IMG/VR virus record: IMGVR_UViG_3300041586_000126
Coordinates: 23,193 to 87,192 of that record
Source of the DNA: a virus
Strand: one strand, 5' to 3'
DNA: 64,000 nt
Shown here piece after piece: positions 1 through 9,892 of this stretch. Both the position numbers and the translations under genes were made by a program. Under the pieces are notes generated by a model, which was not told the origin of the DNA, did no database searches, and saw only the letters and a program-made list of their open reading frames with translations. Numbering within the stretch: position 1 is the first letter of the stretch; the number at the start of each line of letters is the position of its first letter.

Positions 1-199
1 AGAACGTAAAGAAAAAGGATTAAAAGGTAGAGAATGGGCGATAGGTAAAGAAGCAGGGTTTACAGCCGAACATCAAGCACAAAGAGTAATGGAAGCATTT
101 GAAGAATTATTTTTAGTTTGGGAACCTAGAAAGGATTTCGAAATAGTAAATGCAACCGAATATAAAGGAAGAACATTAAATCATAAAGTTATATATTAA
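1..199 (+). CDS. C-terminal part of probable GT-B glycosyltransferase (partial)
   Basis: Open frame from position 2 (ERKEKGLKGREWAIG...KVIY*). The stop overlaps the next ATG, and the sequence resembles the C-terminal helix of GT4 enzymes. Confidence 0.6.
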   Translation, partial: ERKEKGLKGREWAIGKEAGFTAEHQAQRVMEAFEELFLVWEPRKDFEIVNATEYKGRTLNHKVIY

Positions 200-1473
200 T
201 GAACAAACCAGTTTTTATAATCAGTTCACCAGTAGATACCTACTCAGGTTACGGAGGAAGAAGTAGAGATCTCATAAAATCCATAATAGAACTAGATAAA
301 TATGATGTTAAATTATTATCCCAAAAGTGGGGAGACACCCCAACAGGTTTTATAGATAACCATGACGAGTGGAAGTTCTTACAACCACTAATTATTCAAA
401 ATCTACAATCTAAACCTGATATTTGGATGCAAATCACCATTCCAAGTGAATTTCAAGCAGTAGGTAAATATAATATAGGATGTACTGCAGGAATCGAGAG
501 CACGGGGTGTGCTGTGAGTTGGATTGAAGGGTTAAATAAAATGGACATTAATTTAGTATCATCCCAACACAGCAAAAAAGTATTTGAAAGTATTAAATTT
601 GAACAGAGAGATAAGATTACAAATACAGTTCAAGGGGTAATCAAACTAGAAAAACCAATTGAAGTAGTATTTGAGGGAGTAGACCTAGATACCTATTTTT
701 ACAAAACCCCACAGGATGTAAATTTAAATCTTGAAGAAATTAAAGAATCATTCTGTTTCCTATTTGTAGGTCATTGGATGGGTGGTGATATAGGGCATGA
801 TAGAAAAAATGTTGGAGTCTTAGTAAGAAACTTCTTTGAAACGTTTAAGAACAAAAATATAACACCTGCTTTAATATTAAAATCAAGTGTGGGGAGAAAT
901 AGTTATTTAAGTCGGGAAGAATTACTACAAAAAATCAAAGTTATTAAAAACCAATACCCATCAGACACTAAATTACCTAATATTTATATTCTTAATGGAG
1001 GTCTATCGGATGAACAAATGAATGATTTATATAACCACCCCAAAATTAAAGCGATGGTTAGTTTTACTAAGGGTGAGGGTTATGGTAGACCCCTAGCAGA
1101 GTTTGGTATAAGCAAAAAACCAATAATAGCATCAGGTTGGTCAGGTCAAGTCGATTTTCTAACTCCTGGAAATTGTATTTTATTACCGGGTAGCTTAGAG
1201 CCGGTACACCATAGTGCAGCTAACCAGTGGTTACTAAAAGAAACACATTGGTTTAAGGTTGATGATAAAGCCTCTATGGATGCTTTTAGGGATGTTTATA
1301 CTAATTACAAGAAACACCTAATAGGAAGTAAAAAACACGGTCATTACATAAAAACAAATTTTTCATTTGGGGCTATGAAAGCGGTAGTAGGAAATATTTT
1401 AGACCTACATATCCCCCCTTTCCCTCAAGAAGTTAAATTATCTTTACCAAAATTAATAACACCCAAACTATAA
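199..1473 (+). CDS. Glycosyltransferase family 4 (GT-B)
   Basis: N-terminal SGYG motif; C-terminal GEGYGRPLAE (E-x7-E) and PIIASGWSG motifs. Confidence 0.85.
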   Translation: MNKPVFIISSPVDTYSGYGGRSRDLIKSIIELDKYDVKLLSQKWGDTPTGFIDNHDEWKFLQPLIIQNLQSKPDIWMQITIPSEFQAVGKYNIGCTAGIESTGCAVSWIEGLNKMDINLVSSQHSKKVFESIKFEQRDKITNTVQGVIKLEKPIEVVFEGVDLDTYFYKTPQDVNLNLEEIKESFCFLFVGHWMGGDIGHDRKNVGVLVRNFFETFKNKNITPALILKSSVGRNSYLSREELLQKIKVIKNQYPSDTKLPNIYILNGGLSDEQMNDLYNHPKIKAMVSFTKGEGYGRPLAEFGISKKPIIASGWSGQVDFLTPGNCILLPGSLEPVHHSAANQWLLKETHWFKVDDKASMDAFRDVYTNYKKHLIGSKKHGHYIKTNFSFGAMKAVVGNILDLHIPPFPQEVKLSLPKLITPKL

Positions 1474-1477
1474 TAAT

Positions 1478-1924
1478 ATGGCAAACCATGATGAAATAAT
1501 TAAATGTGCAAAATCCGGTGGCGATTTATGTTACAAAATAGAGGTAAGCAAAGATATAACGCAATATATGAGTTTATCGTGTGGTTTTTGGACCAACACA
1601 TTAATGAAAATTGGGACCGATTTTTATGAGGAGCAGGTAGGCCTACTTCCTGAAATATATAAAGATTTATTATGGTTAGACCCCAATACTGAGTTAATAT
1701 GGATTCCCAATACTATAAATATCCCTGAATTGGGGATGGTTTACGCTTCAGGAAATAATAAAGAAGAATGGTGTTGGTCGGCAGTCAAAGCGGTATTAAA
1801 CGAAGAAGAATTAAATTCAGATGATTCTAAACCAAAATACAAAATGGATATGTCTACGTTATCCAAATTCAACGAGCGTGATTACATAGATGCTTTGAGT
1901 TACATAGGAATATTACCCACCTAA
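1478..1924 (+). CDS. Hypothetical protein
   Basis: 148-aa ORF tightly packed in the operon. Confidence 0.7.
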   Translation: MANHDEIIKCAKSGGDLCYKIEVSKDITQYMSLSCGFWTNTLMKIGTDFYEEQVGLLPEIYKDLLWLDPNTELIWIPNTINIPELGMVYASGNNKEEWCWSAVKAVLNEEELNSDDSKPKYKMDMSTLSKFNERDYIDALSYIGILPT

Positions 1925-1936
1925 ACTAAAATAAAT

Positions 1937-2593
1937 ATGAAAATATCATACGGTATCACTTGTTGTGATGAACATAAAGAATTATTACATCTAATTAACT
2001 TTATAACTCCCCTCATAGATGAAGAGGATGAAATTGTAGTAGTATATGATCAAAATAGAGTAACACCTCAAGTTTTAGCAATACTAGAAGAATATAAACA
2101 TCTTATTAATAGTTTTTCATTCGATTTTCAACAGAACTTCCTAGATAATAAAAACTATTTGGGAACTAAATGTAATGGAGAATACATATTTCAAATAGAT
2201 GCTGACGAAATACCACATGAGGTTTTAATAACTAATTTAAAATCTATTTTAGAGGAAAATGATATTGATATGCTAGTTATTCCCCGTAAAAATATTGTAG
2301 AAGGTATAACTCCGGAACATATTAAAAAATGGGGTTGGAATGTAAATGAAAAAGGTTGGGTGAATTGGGCTGACCAACAAAAGCGAATATACAAAAATAC
2401 ACCCGACATACAATGGACAGGACACCCAGTTCACGGTATGGTTACGGGGTATAAAACATTTGCAAGTTTACCATTAGAGGAACAATTTAGTATAGAACAT
2501 AATAAACAGGTTAAAAGGCAAGAGTCACAAAATATGAGATATTCTAATATAGAAAAAGGAATTGAATTAAAATCCTTTAGAAAAAAGCATTAA
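1937..2593 (+). CDS. Glycosyltransferase family 2
   Basis: MKISYGIT start, DEIVVVYD, IDADE (DxD) motif, W-x-G-x-x-VH. Confidence 0.85.
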   Translation: MKISYGITCCDEHKELLHLINFITPLIDEEDEIVVVYDQNRVTPQVLAILEEYKHLINSFSFDFQQNFLDNKNYLGTKCNGEYIFQIDADEIPHEVLITNLKSILEENDIDMLVIPRKNIVEGITPEHIKKWGWNVNEKGWVNWADQQKRIYKNTPDIQWTGHPVHGMVTGYKTFASLPLEEQFSIEHNKQVKRQESQNMRYSNIEKGIELKSFRKKH

Positions 2594-2600
2594 ATTTTAC

Positions 2601-2632
2601 TAGGATATATCAACACTGTTACGTACATTCCC
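2601..2632 (+). promoter_or_regulatory. Early-type promoter
   Basis: TAGG-N19-TACATTCCC upstream of the ATG at 2651. Confidence 0.55.
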
Positions 2633-2650
2633 ACAAATTAAATTATAAAT

Positions 2651-2977
2651 ATGAACCTAAAAATGATCCCTTGTAATAAATGTAACCAGGATATGCCTGA
2701 ATTGAGATGGTCTCAATATCAGTATACCTTTTGTGTTGCATGTTCAGAATCAGGGCTGGGTAATAAACCCCAAAAGGCCATTACAGTACTAATGGGGGAA
2801 GGAGACCATACTTGGATTGAAACCATAATAATGTCGGATTCAGATTATGCTTCTTACTTAAATGTTAAGGAAGAGGAGTATAAAAGGAATAATAGAATTA
2901 AAGAAGATGTAGATATCATAGAAGATGATAAAAATTTACAAGGCCCCTTTAAGATTATTACCCTTAAAGACGAGTAA
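2651..2977 (+). CDS. C4 zinc-finger protein
   Basis: CNKC...CVAC with TraR/DksA-like spacing. Confidence 0.6.
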   Translation: MNLKMIPCNKCNQDMPELRWSQYQYTFCVACSESGLGNKPQKAITVLMGEGDHTWIETIIMSDSDYASYLNVKEEEYKRNNRIKEDVDIIEDDKNLQGPFKIITLKDE

Positions 2978-2979
2978 TT

Positions 2980-3597
2980 ATGCCAGCAGCTAAACCCCTT
3001 TCCAAATCCCAAATTGTAGCCGCTCAGGCAAAAACACTATCAAATTTAAGTGCTTCAAGATATCTTCATGTCTCGTATCAACACTATAAAAGATGGGCTA
3101 AATTATATGACCTATTCGAATCCCACAAAAACCAAGCTGGGGTAGGGGTACCTAAATTCTTAAAAGGCCCTAAAAAAATGCCTCACATGGTTGAGATAAT
3201 TGAGGGAAGGATTTCAGCTTCACATTTTAACCCTAACAAACTAAAGTATGCTCTTATAGAACAGGGGTACATACTAGAAGAATGTTCAATATGTAAATTT
3301 AAAGAAAGACGAGTTTTAGATTATAGAATACCTTTACTTTTACATTTTAGAGATAAAAATAGTAATAACTACAATTTAACTAATGTTCAATTATTATGTT
3401 ATAATCACTATTTTCTTTCTGTAGGTGATATATTCAATAAAAAGGATGAAAAGCAAATAGAATCACAACAAGAACATTATGGTACCACTGAAAAAATAGA
3501 GTGGGAAGTTGATGCTTATCATTTACAACGTCTAAAAGAATTAGGGTTAGATGGAGATGATATGGATGATACTAACCAATACATAAGTAGAATATAA
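2980..3597 (+). CDS. HNH-like zinc-binding protein (possibly degenerate nuclease)
   Basis: CSIC...LHFRDKNSNNYNLTNVQLLCYNHY resembles an HNH motif. Confidence 0.6.
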   Translation: MPAAKPLSKSQIVAAQAKTLSNLSASRYLHVSYQHYKRWAKLYDLFESHKNQAGVGVPKFLKGPKKMPHMVEIIEGRISASHFNPNKLKYALIEQGYILEECSICKFKERRVLDYRIPLLLHFRDKNSNNYNLTNVQLLCYNHYFLSVGDIFNKKDEKQIESQQEHYGTTEKIEWEVDAYHLQRLKELGLDGDDMDDTNQYISRI

Positions 3598-3752
3598 TGA
3601 AGAATAAAAAACATAATCATTTTATAGATGATTACGACACCCAAAAATCAAAACATCTAGAAAGATTGGCAACTAAATCTTTAAGGGATGATGAAAAATA
3701 CAAGAAATTAAAAGGTAAACCTCTAAAAGGTGATTTCTTAGATAATTTTTAA
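3597..3752 (+). CDS. Small hypothetical protein (51 aa)
   Basis: TAATG overlap with the previous stop; MKNKKHNHF...DFLDNF*; below the ORF-track cutoff. Confidence 0.6.
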   Translation: MKNKKHNHFIDDYDTQKSKHLERLATKSLRDDEKYKKLKGKPLKGDFLDNF

Positions 3753-3764
3753 TGCCACAAACGG

Positions 3765-3796
3765 TAGGATACCGCATATATATTTCGTATATTTAC
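3765..3796 (+). promoter_or_regulatory. Early-type promoter
   Basis: TAGG-N19-TATATTTAC. Confidence 0.75.
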
Positions 3797-3815
3797 ACAT
3801 AAATAAGAACATAAT

Positions 3816-4172
3816 ATGAAAACCGAAATCTGTTTAGAATTCCAAGAAGAAAAACACCCCAGCTCTAAATTCGAACATTATCTAGAATTTGAAGACTCAG
3901 AGGATATGGAAGAAATGTTTGAAGATGATAACAAATCCTTATCGAATTTAATAGTAGATATTGCTCTGAAAAATCTTGATACTACTACTGAGGAAATACC
4001 CGTTATTTCTATTTACACAAAAAACAATGATACTACCTATGAAGTTATAATAGATCGCAATGATATGATTGAGACTTTAGAAGCAAATTTAGAAATAATG
4101 GAGGATTTTGAAGATTATGAACGTTGTCAAAAAATAACAGATGCTTTATATTATCTAACAAAAGAAAACTAA
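3816..4172 (+). CDS. Acidic protein with C-terminal UVR-like motif
   Basis: Ends in ...FEDYERCQKITDAL. Confidence 0.6.
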   Translation: MKTEICLEFQEEKHPSSKFEHYLEFEDSEDMEEMFEDDNKSLSNLIVDIALKNLDTTTEEIPVISIYTKNNDTTYEVIIDRNDMIETLEANLEIMEDFEDYERCQKITDALYYLTKEN

Positions 4173-4186
4173 ATTAAATAAAGGTT

Positions 4187-5458
4187 ATGACTGATTTAAA
4201 ATTATTTATTGAAGAAATGAGAGCTACTAGTAGCTCTACCGAGAAATCTGCCATTATAGCACGTAGCTCGACGTTTATACACGAAGTACTAGAAGCAACG
4301 TACAACCCGTATAAACAATATTATACCACAAGTAAAACATGTCTAAAAAATAGTGAATTGGTAGCTTATGGCAATACTACTCCATTACTTTCACTATTGA
4401 AAATGTTAAATACTCGGGAAGTAACAGGACATGATGCAATAAAATTGGTAAATAGATTTGCTCAATCTAATATTGATTGGGATTTGATTTATAAAATCAT
4501 TGATAAAGATTTAGATATTAGAATTGGTGCTAAAGGTATTAATAAAGGTGTTCCAGGTTTAATCCCAACATTTTCCGTTGCATTAGCAAAAGAATATGAA
4601 GATGGGAAATGTGAGTGGAAAGATGGATGGTTTGCTTCTCGAAAATTAGATGGTGTTAGATGTTTAGCTCGTGTAAATGAAGAAGGAAAATGTACCTTAT
4701 TCAGCAGAACAGGTAAAGAATTTACCACATTAGATAAAGTAAAAGAAGCAATAGAAGCAACGGGTGTAACTAGTATTACATTTGATGGAGAAATTTGTTT
4801 AGTAGATAAAGATGGTAATGAAGATTTTCAAGGTGTTATGAAACAATTAAGACGCAAAGACCATCAAATCCAAAACCCCGCTTATATAATATTTGATGTA
4901 TTAGATAATATTGATTTTGATAATGCTAAAGGTAATATACCTCTAAAGACTCGATTACAAAAAATAAGAAGTTGGTTGGCACTTACAGGAAACAATAATA
5001 GTAACATTTTACGTTATACCGAGCAAGTCAAAATAGAAGATAATAATCATTTTGAGCTTTGGTCTGAAATGTCTAATCAAAACGGTTGGGAAGGTGTTAT
5101 GTTGCGTAAGAATGTTGGTTATGAGGGTAAACGAACTAAAAATTTAGTTAAAGTTAAAAAATTCTTTGATAATGAATATAAGGTGGTTGGTTTTGATATT
5201 GATAACCATGAAGTAGTTAGAGATGGCAAGTCAGTTACTATGCAAATGCTATCCCAAGTATATATTGAACATAAAGGATATAAAGTAAAAGTTGGCAGTG
5301 GTTTTACACAAGAACAACGTTTGAAATATATGGATGGAAGTATTATGGGTAAAACAATTTGTGTACAATATTTTAGTGAAACTAAAAATGATAAAGGTGG
5401 TATTAGTTTAAGATTTCCAACATTAAAACACATATATGATGGTAAAAGAGATATGTAA
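4187..5458 (+). CDS. lig: ATP-dependent DNA ligase
   Basis: Motif I KLDGVR, FDGEI, EGVMLR, VKVK, VGSGF, LRFP. Confidence 0.95.
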   Translation: MTDLKLFIEEMRATSSSTEKSAIIARSSTFIHEVLEATYNPYKQYYTTSKTCLKNSELVAYGNTTPLLSLLKMLNTREVTGHDAIKLVNRFAQSNIDWDLIYKIIDKDLDIRIGAKGINKGVPGLIPTFSVALAKEYEDGKCEWKDGWFASRKLDGVRCLARVNEEGKCTLFSRTGKEFTTLDKVKEAIEATGVTSITFDGEICLVDKDGNEDFQGVMKQLRRKDHQIQNPAYIIFDVLDNIDFDNAKGNIPLKTRLQKIRSWLALTGNNNSNILRYTEQVKIEDNNHFELWSEMSNQNGWEGVMLRKNVGYEGKRTKNLVKVKKFFDNEYKVVGFDIDNHEVVRDGKSVTMQMLSQVYIEHKGYKVKVGSGFTQEQRLKYMDGSIMGKTICVQYFSETKNDKGGISLRFPTLKHIYDGKRDM

Positions 5459-5587
5459 TATACAAAATGGAGATTGGATTATTTATGGTGGGAAACGCAA
5501 AATATGTTATGGTACCCACCATAATGGGAATATTTTAATTAAAATGAATGGTAGATTAGTACAAGTACCCAAATTAAATATAAATTT

Positions 5588-6220
5588 ATGAAATTAAATG
5601 CAAACATCCCAAGCTTCAAAGGATTTGTTAGAAAATCCTATTTTACAAAGCTAGAAGAAGATAACACAGAATTTTATAACGTTTATGTTTTTGGAATACA
5701 ATCATGTTCCGGTAAGATACTTACGTTCCACGTTATGACAGATAGTGGAATGCTTAGAAGTAGAGTTCCTTTATCCGAAATATACGCAAAGGAGCCAACA
5801 AGTGATATACCCTTTAACTACAAACAGCTATGGGATTGCTTTAGTGAAAACGTTGCCATAGTAGAATATGAGTTTTTAGCTTTCCACAGGGCAGAAATAG
5901 TTCTTAGAGATGGTACAAAGGTTTGGGGTACTTACATCTTTACAGTAGATTGGTTTAACAATCCATACAGTGATGAGCCATCTGACTATAAATGTGGCCA
6001 TGTATTTGAAGGGGATGAAGGTTACTTATTGTGTATGCCAAATAACAGGATATTTTGGAGAGATAGCAATTGGGTTACAAAAAACCTTCCTGACAACCTA
6101 AAACAGTTTAAGGTAGACACAGAGCTTCTTTCAGTAGAAAACCAATCAGACAAGTGGGTAACAGAGGATAGTAATTCATTTTATTACGATATACATGAAA
6201 GAAAGCAAGACATAAAATAA
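5588..6220 (+). CDS. Phage hypothetical protein
   Basis: 210-aa ORF with an A-rich leader. Confidence 0.75.
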   Translation: MKLNANIPSFKGFVRKSYFTKLEEDNTEFYNVYVFGIQSCSGKILTFHVMTDSGMLRSRVPLSEIYAKEPTSDIPFNYKQLWDCFSENVAIVEYEFLAFHRAEIVLRDGTKVWGTYIFTVDWFNNPYSDEPSDYKCGHVFEGDEGYLLCMPNNRIFWRDSNWVTKNLPDNLKQFKVDTELLSVENQSDKWVTEDSNSFYYDIHERKQDIK

Positions 6221-6236
6221 CTAAAATAACATTGGT

Positions 6237-6422
6237 ATGAAAAGATACATCAAGAGTAAATTAATAGAATTATCAAGACCATTAAGAATATGGTTTGGCA
6301 AATGTTTTTTATATATGATTGGAAAACATGGGACTCATGAATTTAAAGATGATATAATTCTTTATAACGAATTAAAAAGGTGGGTTGACTCAGGAGGTAA
6401 ACCGACAACACCTTTCCTTTAA
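6237..6422 (+). CDS. Small hypothetical protein
   Basis: 61-aa ORF in the co-directional cluster. Confidence 0.55.
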   Translation: MKRYIKSKLIELSRPLRIWFGKCFLYMIGKHGTHEFKDDIILYNELKRWVDSGGKPTTPFL

Positions 6423-6476
6423 TTAACCCTAACCAACCTATATGAGTATGTTTTAAAAATTTAAAATATAAAAGTT

Positions 6477-6842
6477 ATGAAAGAATATAAAGTAGTAGTT
6501 ACAGAATATAGCACAAAATGGTTCAATTTAGAAGGTCAACTTCATAGAGAAGACGGACCAGCTGTTGAATACACAGATGGTGGTAGAGAGTATTATATTA
6601 ATGATAAGATTCATAGAGAAGACGGACCCGCTGTAGAGCATGCAAATGGAGATAAATGGTATTATATTAATGATAAGCTTCACAGAGAAGATGGCCCGGC
6701 TGTTGAATATGTAGATGAAGATAAATTATACTTCATTAATGGTAAAAAATTAACCGAAAAAAAATTCAAAAATACAAACAAAACCTGTGAAGGCAAGGTT
6801 GTAGAAATAGAAGGTGTAAAGTATAAATTAACTAAAATATAA
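6477..6842 (+). CDS. HREDGPA-repeat (MORN-like) protein
   Basis: Three tandem 23-aa repeats HREDGPAVE...YYINDK. Confidence 0.8.
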   Translation: MKEYKVVVTEYSTKWFNLEGQLHREDGPAVEYTDGGREYYINDKIHREDGPAVEHANGDKWYYINDKLHREDGPAVEYVDEDKLYFINGKKLTEKKFKNTNKTCEGKVVEIEGVKYKLTKI

Positions 6843-6860
6843 AAGTCTATTAAATATAAC

Positions 6861-6914
6861 TTGGTTGAGCCAAATATTGTTCGTATATTTACACTTAATA
6901 AGAAAATAAAGGTT
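6861..6914 (+). promoter_or_regulatory. Early-type promoter plus conserved leader
   Basis: TTGG-N19-TATATTTAC...AATAAAGGTT-ATG; near-identical to 12652-12704. Confidence 0.8.
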
Positions 6915-7337
6915 ATGAAAGAACAAAGAGGAAGACCAGCAGAAAAGCCCCCAGTTGTATTAGATAAGTGGGTTCAAACCTTTTATGAGGTACCATCCAA
7001 ACCTGAACTAGGTTATAAGTCTGTTTGGCATTTTGACAATTCTATCAGTTCAAAGGGTGCCTATAAAGTAGAATATACCTTACCTAAGGGACATAGGCCA
7101 CTTAAAGTAAAACTTGAAAAGGGAAAAGCATATAGTCAACAACCTGTTGTGATGGTATTTAAGACCTCAGACCGTTTAAACTCTAAAACCAAAATGAAAA
7201 TTTGGAACAACGAGAATATAGATTATATATTATCAACTAGTAATTTAATAGGTATCCCAGCAAAAGCAATTATATTAGATATAGGTGTGGGGCGTAAAAT
7301 AATAGAGATGTATAAACAAAAATATAATTTAACTTAA
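6915..7337 (+). CDS. Hypothetical early protein
   Basis: Start moved from 6861 to the ATG after the conserved leader; RGRP motif near the N-terminus. Confidence 0.7.
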   Translation: MKEQRGRPAEKPPVVLDKWVQTFYEVPSKPELGYKSVWHFDNSISSKGAYKVEYTLPKGHRPLKVKLEKGKAYSQQPVVMVFKTSDRLNSKTKMKIWNNENIDYILSTSNLIGIPAKAIILDIGVGRKIIEMYKQKYNLT

Positions 7338-7373
7338 TTACTATATATTTATAATAAATAAAATAAAATAATA

Positions 7374-8057
7374 ATGGGTAGATATAAATTAACAAATAAA
7401 TCAGAGGGAATGAGTAATGACGAATTTTCTAATGCAAAGGAACAAGATAGATTAGATGCTCACCCTGATAGAGATAAAATAATTAAAATGCGAGCTCTAC
7501 TTAAAAAAGAAAAAGATGCTAGAGAGAATAATGTTGAAGAAGGTGAAGCTGTGGATTTAGCAATTGAAGCATCACAAAAAAAAGCAGGTATTCGTGAGAA
7601 TGATATTGAAGATAATATAGAAAGGCGTATTGAAGACTTATCTCAAGAACCTACAAAACGTAAATTTCTAGATGATTTTTTAGATCTATATAAAGGATTA
7701 ATAGGTGAAGATCCCTATTTTGTCAAATCAGTATTTAATTATTTGAATACTGGAATGGATAATCAAAACCAACAAAAAACCATGGGAGAATCATCAGATG
7801 GTTATGTAGAAGAAATTAGCGAAACCGATTCAAATGCCCTAGGTAGTATTGTAAAAATTCTAAGGGATAATCAGATATCAATAAGTGATATTAATGGTTT
7901 CTACAAAACCCATAAACAGGATATTATAAAAGGAGATATAAATCCTTTTGATGAAGAAGATGTAATGATGAATTATAATGAATACAGTTCAATTAATTCT
8001 GAGGATTTTAGTGACCTAAGAGAACATTTTAGTAGATTCCTAAAACCCTACCAATAA
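7374..8057 (+). CDS. Acidic late protein (possible internal head protein)
   Basis: Preceded by the late motif ATATTTATAA at 7345; Glu/Asp rich. Confidence 0.6.
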   Translation: MGRYKLTNKSEGMSNDEFSNAKEQDRLDAHPDRDKIIKMRALLKKEKDARENNVEEGEAVDLAIEASQKKAGIRENDIEDNIERRIEDLSQEPTKRKFLDDFLDLYKGLIGEDPYFVKSVFNYLNTGMDNQNQQKTMGESSDGYVEEISETDSNALGSIVKILRDNQISISDINGFYKTHKQDIIKGDINPFDEEDVMMNYNEYSSINSEDFSDLREHFSRFLKPYQ

Positions 8058-8083
8058 TATATTTTAAAATTATTTAAAAAAGG

Positions 8084-8116
8084 GTGGGTATCATTAGGAT
8101 ACCCACTACTATTTTT
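8084..8116 (+). terminator. Putative intrinsic terminator overlapping the next early promoter
   Basis: GTGGGTATC-ATTAG-GATACCCAC 9-bp stem followed by a T-rich tract; promoter TAGG(8095)-N19-TATATTAAC overlaps it. Confidence 0.55.
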
Positions 8117-8144
8117 GTATATTAACGTATTAAATAAAGGTATA

Positions 8145-8294
8145 ATGAGAAAAGTTAGAGAATATAAAGGTTGTGAATTTGAGTCTCCTATGTTTAGACA
8201 AATAATGGCAGAAAGGGAGAAGGGGTTAAATGGATCTTCAATAATGGATGGTACATTTGAATATAAACCCAAAAGAGGAAAGCATAAAATATAA
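8145..8294 (+). CDS. Small hypothetical protein (49 aa)
   Basis: ATG follows a promoter and AATAAAGG leader; MRKVREYKG...KHKI*. Confidence 0.6.
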   Translation: MRKVREYKGCEFESPMFRQIMAEREKGLNGSSIMDGTFEYKPKRGKHKI

Positions 8295-8313
8295 TCACTT
8301 AAATCAACATAAC

Positions 8314-8469
8314 ATGAACCCAGATGAAAGAAAACTAAAATTGGACGAGCTAAGATTAAAAATAACAGCATATAAACTCCAGCAAAACCCACTCTTAGGT
8401 AATAATAAATATAATATTCAAAAACTACAACAAGAGATAGATAATCTCCCTCCAAAAAATAATATATGA
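8314..8469 (+). CDS. Small coiled-coil hypothetical protein
   Basis: Start moved to ATG 8314 (MNPDERKLK...). Confidence 0.55.
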   Translation: MNPDERKLKLDELRLKITAYKLQQNPLLGNNKYNIQKLQQEIDNLPPKNNI

Positions 8470-8675
8470 ACTATAACATAATATACAAAGACCAAAACGC
8501 ATATAGAATAGTAGACGAAATATCTATTTCTAACTTCCAAAATAAGGATGGAAGCATTCATCAACAGGTCTTAGGGATGTATGTTCACGACTTAAGATGT
8601 GATAGAGTATTTCAAAAAGATAATAAGTTTTTGATATGCTCCCTAATCCCCGATGTTATATATGAAGAAGTCTAA
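8466..8675 (+). CDS. Hypothetical protein
   Basis: ATGA overlap with the previous gene. Confidence 0.6.
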   Translation: MNYNIIYKDQNAYRIVDEISISNFQNKDGSIHQQVLGMYVHDLRCDRVFQKDNKFLICSLIPDVIYEEV

Positions 8676-9003
8676 CACTTGTAGTTGGTGTCACAAATCA
8701 ACAGGATTACCAGAGGTTTTTGCTTCTCAAGTCCCCATATTAGAATGGTTAGAGGAAAAAATAGACTTATATTGTAAATATAAAGATATTAGCCGAGATG
8801 AATTGTGGGGGGAAAATAGTGATTGGAGTCAATTAAATTTAGGTAAAAATTGGGAATCGGAGTTATTAGCTTATGATGAATTAGCCAATACAATCTCCAG
8901 AAGGGTTATATGTAAAGAATGCCTAATTCAAGACGATGCCCTATTTAAAAAATACTATATAATGTTAGATGATGACGAGAATATAGAGTTTGAAGAACCT
9001 TAA
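8653..9003 (+). CDS. Hypothetical protein with two CxxC motifs
   Basis: CSWC ... CKEC. Confidence 0.6.
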   Translation: MLYMKKSNTCSWCHKSTGLPEVFASQVPILEWLEEKIDLYCKYKDISRDELWGENSDWSQLNLGKNWESELLAYDELANTISRRVICKECLIQDDALFKKYYIMLDDDENIEFEEP

Positions 9004-9004
9004 T

Positions 9005-9685
9005 ATGATAAATAAAAGTGTTTTGATATGGGCTGGCTACTATGATGATAGGTGGAACGCAACAAATTGGATTGAAGGTGGGATTAATGATAGCGAGTAT
9101 TCTATAATTAAATTAGCCTATAAACTCCAAAGTAAAGGTTATGATGTAACAGTAGCTGGTAATGTTAAAAGTGAACTGTTATGGGGTATCAAATGGGTTA
9201 ATGAAGATATACTTTTATCAAATCGGGGTCCTAGAGGTTTAAATGAAGCATTCGATTTAAGAGTAAAAGATCACTATAACATACTAATAGGATGTAATTA
9301 TATACACTTTATAAGACATCTAGAAGATGTAAATATCTCGTTTGATAAGGCATACTTTTGGATGCATCAAGATGGGTATTACCCTTGGTATAAAGGAAAT
9401 GAATTAAATCAATGTAAAGATTATTTTAAACACCCCAAACTAAAAGCTATAATAGGGATAAGTAAAACCCACGCTAAAACACTTAAAAAAAGTGCAAAAA
9501 ATATATTCCACTACACACCCCTAGATTCTAATAAATACATACACTTTATTACACATCCACTTGATTTAAAGGATAATACGGAATCACAAACCCCACCATT
9601 AATGAACGAAACACTACATATGTGGTTAGAAAAATCAAATTGGGATTTGACCATGAATGAATGGATTAGTATGTTTGAGAATTAA
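9005..9685 (+). CDS. GT-B N-terminal-domain protein (internally truncated glycosyltransferase)
   Basis: GGINDSE...LAYKLQSKGYDVTV and FWMHQ motifs present; no E-x7-E donor-binding domain. Confidence 0.55.
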   Translation: MINKSVLIWAGYYDDRWNATNWIEGGINDSEYSIIKLAYKLQSKGYDVTVAGNVKSELLWGIKWVNEDILLSNRGPRGLNEAFDLRVKDHYNILIGCNYIHFIRHLEDVNISFDKAYFWMHQDGYYPWYKGNELNQCKDYFKHPKLKAIIGISKTHAKTLKKSAKNIFHYTPLDSNKYIHFITHPLDLKDNTESQTPPLMNETLHMWLEKSNWDLTMNEWISMFEN

Positions 9686-9706
9686 AAATAGTAATGCATG
9701 TCATAT

Positions 9707-9738
9707 TTGGCTCCCCGCAATAGGGTTCGTATATTTAC
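9707..9738 (+). promoter_or_regulatory. Early-type promoter in front of the cassette array
   Basis: TTGG-N19-TATATTTAC. Confidence 0.75.
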
Positions 9739-9760
9739 ACATAAGTTAATAAATATTATC

Positions 9761-9892
9761 ATGAGCGGAAATACAAAGTTTTTTAATAGGGTGCTTTGCA
9801 TACAAAATTATTATGATATATATAATGAAGTTTATTTTTATAGGTTTTGGGTGCTTGGATTTTACTTTGATACTGACAAAAATTCTTTATAA
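9761..9892 (+). CDS. Small hypothetical protein (43 aa)
   Basis: ATG after the promoter; the TAA stop lies inside the TTATAAC box of hairpin element 1. Confidence 0.5.
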   Translation: MSGNTKFFNRVLCIQNYYDIYNEVYFYRFWVLGFYFDTDKNSL

